A DNA stretch of 64,000 nt, from the NCBI GenBank assembly GCA_012295275.1, contig CM022670.1, positions 26,722,001 to 26,786,000 on the forward strand, given 5' to 3'. Positions 61,132-64,000 of this stretch are shown here, one piece after another (position 1 is the stretch's first letter; every line of letters begins with the position of its first letter). Source of the DNA: Chrysomallon squamiferum (taxonomy: Eukaryota; Animalia; Mollusca). The position numbers and the translations under genes are program-made. The notes below the pieces were generated by a model that worked only from the letters and a program-made list of their open reading frames with translations, had not been told where the DNA came from and ran no database searches.

Positions 61132-64000
61132 TGTGTTCTGTTCTCAAGTTCTCAGTATAAAATATATAATTTTAAAAACTGCTTCGAAAAATAATCACCG
61201 TGCACGAACCAGACCACACAAATATTTACATACATCATCACCAATAAACATGCACAAATACATACACACACAAACACACTGCAAACATTCGAGGACTCGC
61301 ATAAAACGAAATTTTAATTTTTAATTGCAGCTTGGTTAGTAATCAGAAACGAAACCTATTTATTTAATACAGAGAAAGGCCGCATACTTTGTTTGAATAA
61401 TGACCACGTTCTTGAACGACACGTCAGCACCCATTCTCGAAATGAGGACTGCATTGAGATTAACAGGATGATCCCTCGAGGCAACCTCTCAGAAGTCCTT
61501 GTACGTTTTAACATTCGCACAATCGACTTCCCTTTTTAAAGAAGCCAAGTACAGACTGATTACACACTATACAGCATTGTACCCATAGCATAGTTTTCAC
61601 ACAGTGTGGTTCATGTTATGTAATTAATTGGGCATGACGAGTCATTTTAGTTTTTCCTCAGAAAGATTTCAGACAGAAAGAGCACTGATACAAACTTGCA
61701 CAAAGGATGTTATCAAGTGCATGGGAATAACTGGTATCCATTGTCTGGCTGCGCTGCAGATGACATTACAAGTATACATCTTACAAACCACTTACGACCG
61801 TGTCACAGTCTACTGATCACTAGCAGTCATTCTCACAGAAGAAGTCCATAAAAAACATCAAGCAAATTACATGTCGTCTCGATGTCTTCGTGTACACAAA
61901 ATATACCATCATTTATTATCCATGCACTTGTTCGTAGCTGGGACAAAATAAAATAAATCTGTACTTTCTTTTTATTAGTTTAACACAAATAAAAAAAAAA
62001 AATAAAAATAAAGTAATGTAAATAATAGTAATAATAACAACTACAATACAATTTGAAATACGTTAATGCTTTTTATTACTCTCAATACTTCTAAACTTTG
62101 GTTTTGTTACAGCGGTTGCAGATGTCTGAGACTTTGAGAATAATATTTTCTTTAGCACTAGACCCTCTTAACTGTTCTCAGTATCGAAACCATTAAAACA
62201 CAATCCATTGTTTGTGATGTAAATTATCGTCTGTGTTTGACTAACAGCTTACAGACATGTCAGTAAAATAAATATTATTGGATTTTAAAGTTGAATTACT
62301 ACAGCCATAAATCAGTACAACAGAGCATTTTGGGAAAGTAAATATTACTGATTATTAAGGTGTATATGCAACTTACACAAAATTATTGCAGAAAGGATTT
62401 CAGAATAACTAAATGATATAGTTTAATTTATATAAAAATTATTTAATCAGAAAGTTATATAAACATCTTTCATACAAGTAAGACAGTATTTAATAAACTT
62501 ATTCAACAATTACTTTAAACCTGTTCTTTGTGACGAAAGAGTCGAAGTAGCTCGAGCGTCACCACGCATATATATAAATACGCACGCACACACACACACA
62601 CACACACACTTCTTCTTTTTAAAAGAGTAAAAGAGAAACACTTTTGCATCAGAGATAAAAATAGTCGCGTGACATCCTGTACAGAAGTCAGCGTTGATAC
62701 GAAAGACGTTCAGCCAGGGTCAACCAGATCATAAACGCCTGTATGCTGGAGACTCTGCACGGCAGATTAACACTTACTTATTTTTTGTTTTTCTTTATTT
62801 TCTTCACGCGTGTACTTAAAAAACGATAACAGTGAAACGTTAACAATGAATCAGTCTGTGTGGTCACTGTGTCGAGATTTGACCAGCGGTGAAAGGCCAA
62901 ATCTCTCGTCTTTACAATGTAAAATACAAACTGTCGAGGACACATCACAAATTTCAGGTAATCTCGTCAAACTTTTGACAACTTGATCTGTTGACCAAGC
63001 ATCTAGACATTTGATCCGTCTTATTTGATTAATTTCAAATTAATTTTGGCAACGATTCTTTTATTTTTTCCATCCCCCTTTTTAAGTTCAATAGCAGTGG
63101 GACAGGTATTTTAATGAATTATACAAAAATTTTAACTCGGATTACAAGTCTCGAGATGTCTATCAACTCGATTGTTCTGAATGCAGTCTGAAAATTCTGC
63201 CATTTCTTTGCTTTCTCTATTGTTTATGCGGTTGTTGTTTTTTCTTATATATATATATATATATATGTCTTTTTTTCCAGTTTTGGGGTTTTTTTGGTCA
63301 ACAATCACAACACATTTGCTTATTACAGCAAATCTTTATTCTGGTCTAGTTAAAATTAATAACTAGTTAACAAGGAGAAAAAGAGGCAAACAAGTTGAAA
63401 AGAAAAGACTGTTCTGATCATATGTGACAAGCGTTTCCTTCTTGCATTCAACTAGATGAACTGTCATTACAGTAAGATATTAAACAGCATCTAAGACTTC
63501 CAATGTCAAATAAAAACATTCACAGCCTTGAACAGCAAGAAGAAAGACGAAAGACAAGTAAACAGATGTCAAAGAGGTCAGCCAAGGGATGCCACCACCA
63601 AAACCTTTGTTTGCTGCTGGCCATGGTTCTAGCCGATACCAAACTCGCGTCTGCCTGTCAGTTAAACAAGACAGTTCTTCGTAACACGCACTAGGTGGAG
63701 ATAAATGGAGGAGCGAGTCTGATCAATACGGCTATGCCAGACCCATCTGCCTTTCAAAAAGGTTCCATTATATATCTTCTTGATTATTCAAAAAAAAAAA
63801 AAAAAAAAAAAAAAAATCTATGTTATTATTTTTATTTAAATGTTAATATCATAACTTATCCTTTCACCAAAATGCAAACTATAAAAAGATGATATTATTA
63901 ATAATTAAAACAACCAAAATAGAAAAACGTCTGACTGCTGTGCATGGTGTCAAATGAAACATCTTATAATACTTTAAGTATCATTTGCCGATCATGGCAA

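Overview
AT-rich, microsatellite-rich, intron-containing animal genomic DNA, not prokaryotic. A mollusc, possibly a gastropod, is my inference from repeat and gene style. I reconstructed five genes by hand with phase-consistent GT-AG splicing. (1) A 5'-truncated long PI3K class IA regulatory subunit (p85/PIK3R-like) on +, with a C1-SAM-C1-RhoGAP-SH2-iSH2-SH2 architecture (16 exons, 1843-16340). (2) A divergent solitary histone H1 on + (30825-31391). (3) A second, short (~400 aa, p50/p55-like) PIK3R paralog on - (34497-~39453). (4) A second solitary histone H1 on - (41767-42303). (5) A 5'-truncated PLK2/3-type polo-like kinase on - (11 exons, 48359-60070). The most notable observations are the interleaved PIK3R/H1/PIK3R/H1/PLK cluster echoing vertebrate PIK3R-PLK2/3/5 linkage, reciprocal intron differences between the PIK3R paralogs, and loss of p110-inhibitory iSH2 residues in the short paralog. 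Also notable are a YxxM motif in the long p85's own tail, a 118-bp duplication of a splice acceptor plus half exon, and base-exact conserved spacing of a distal promoter module in the two H1 genes.
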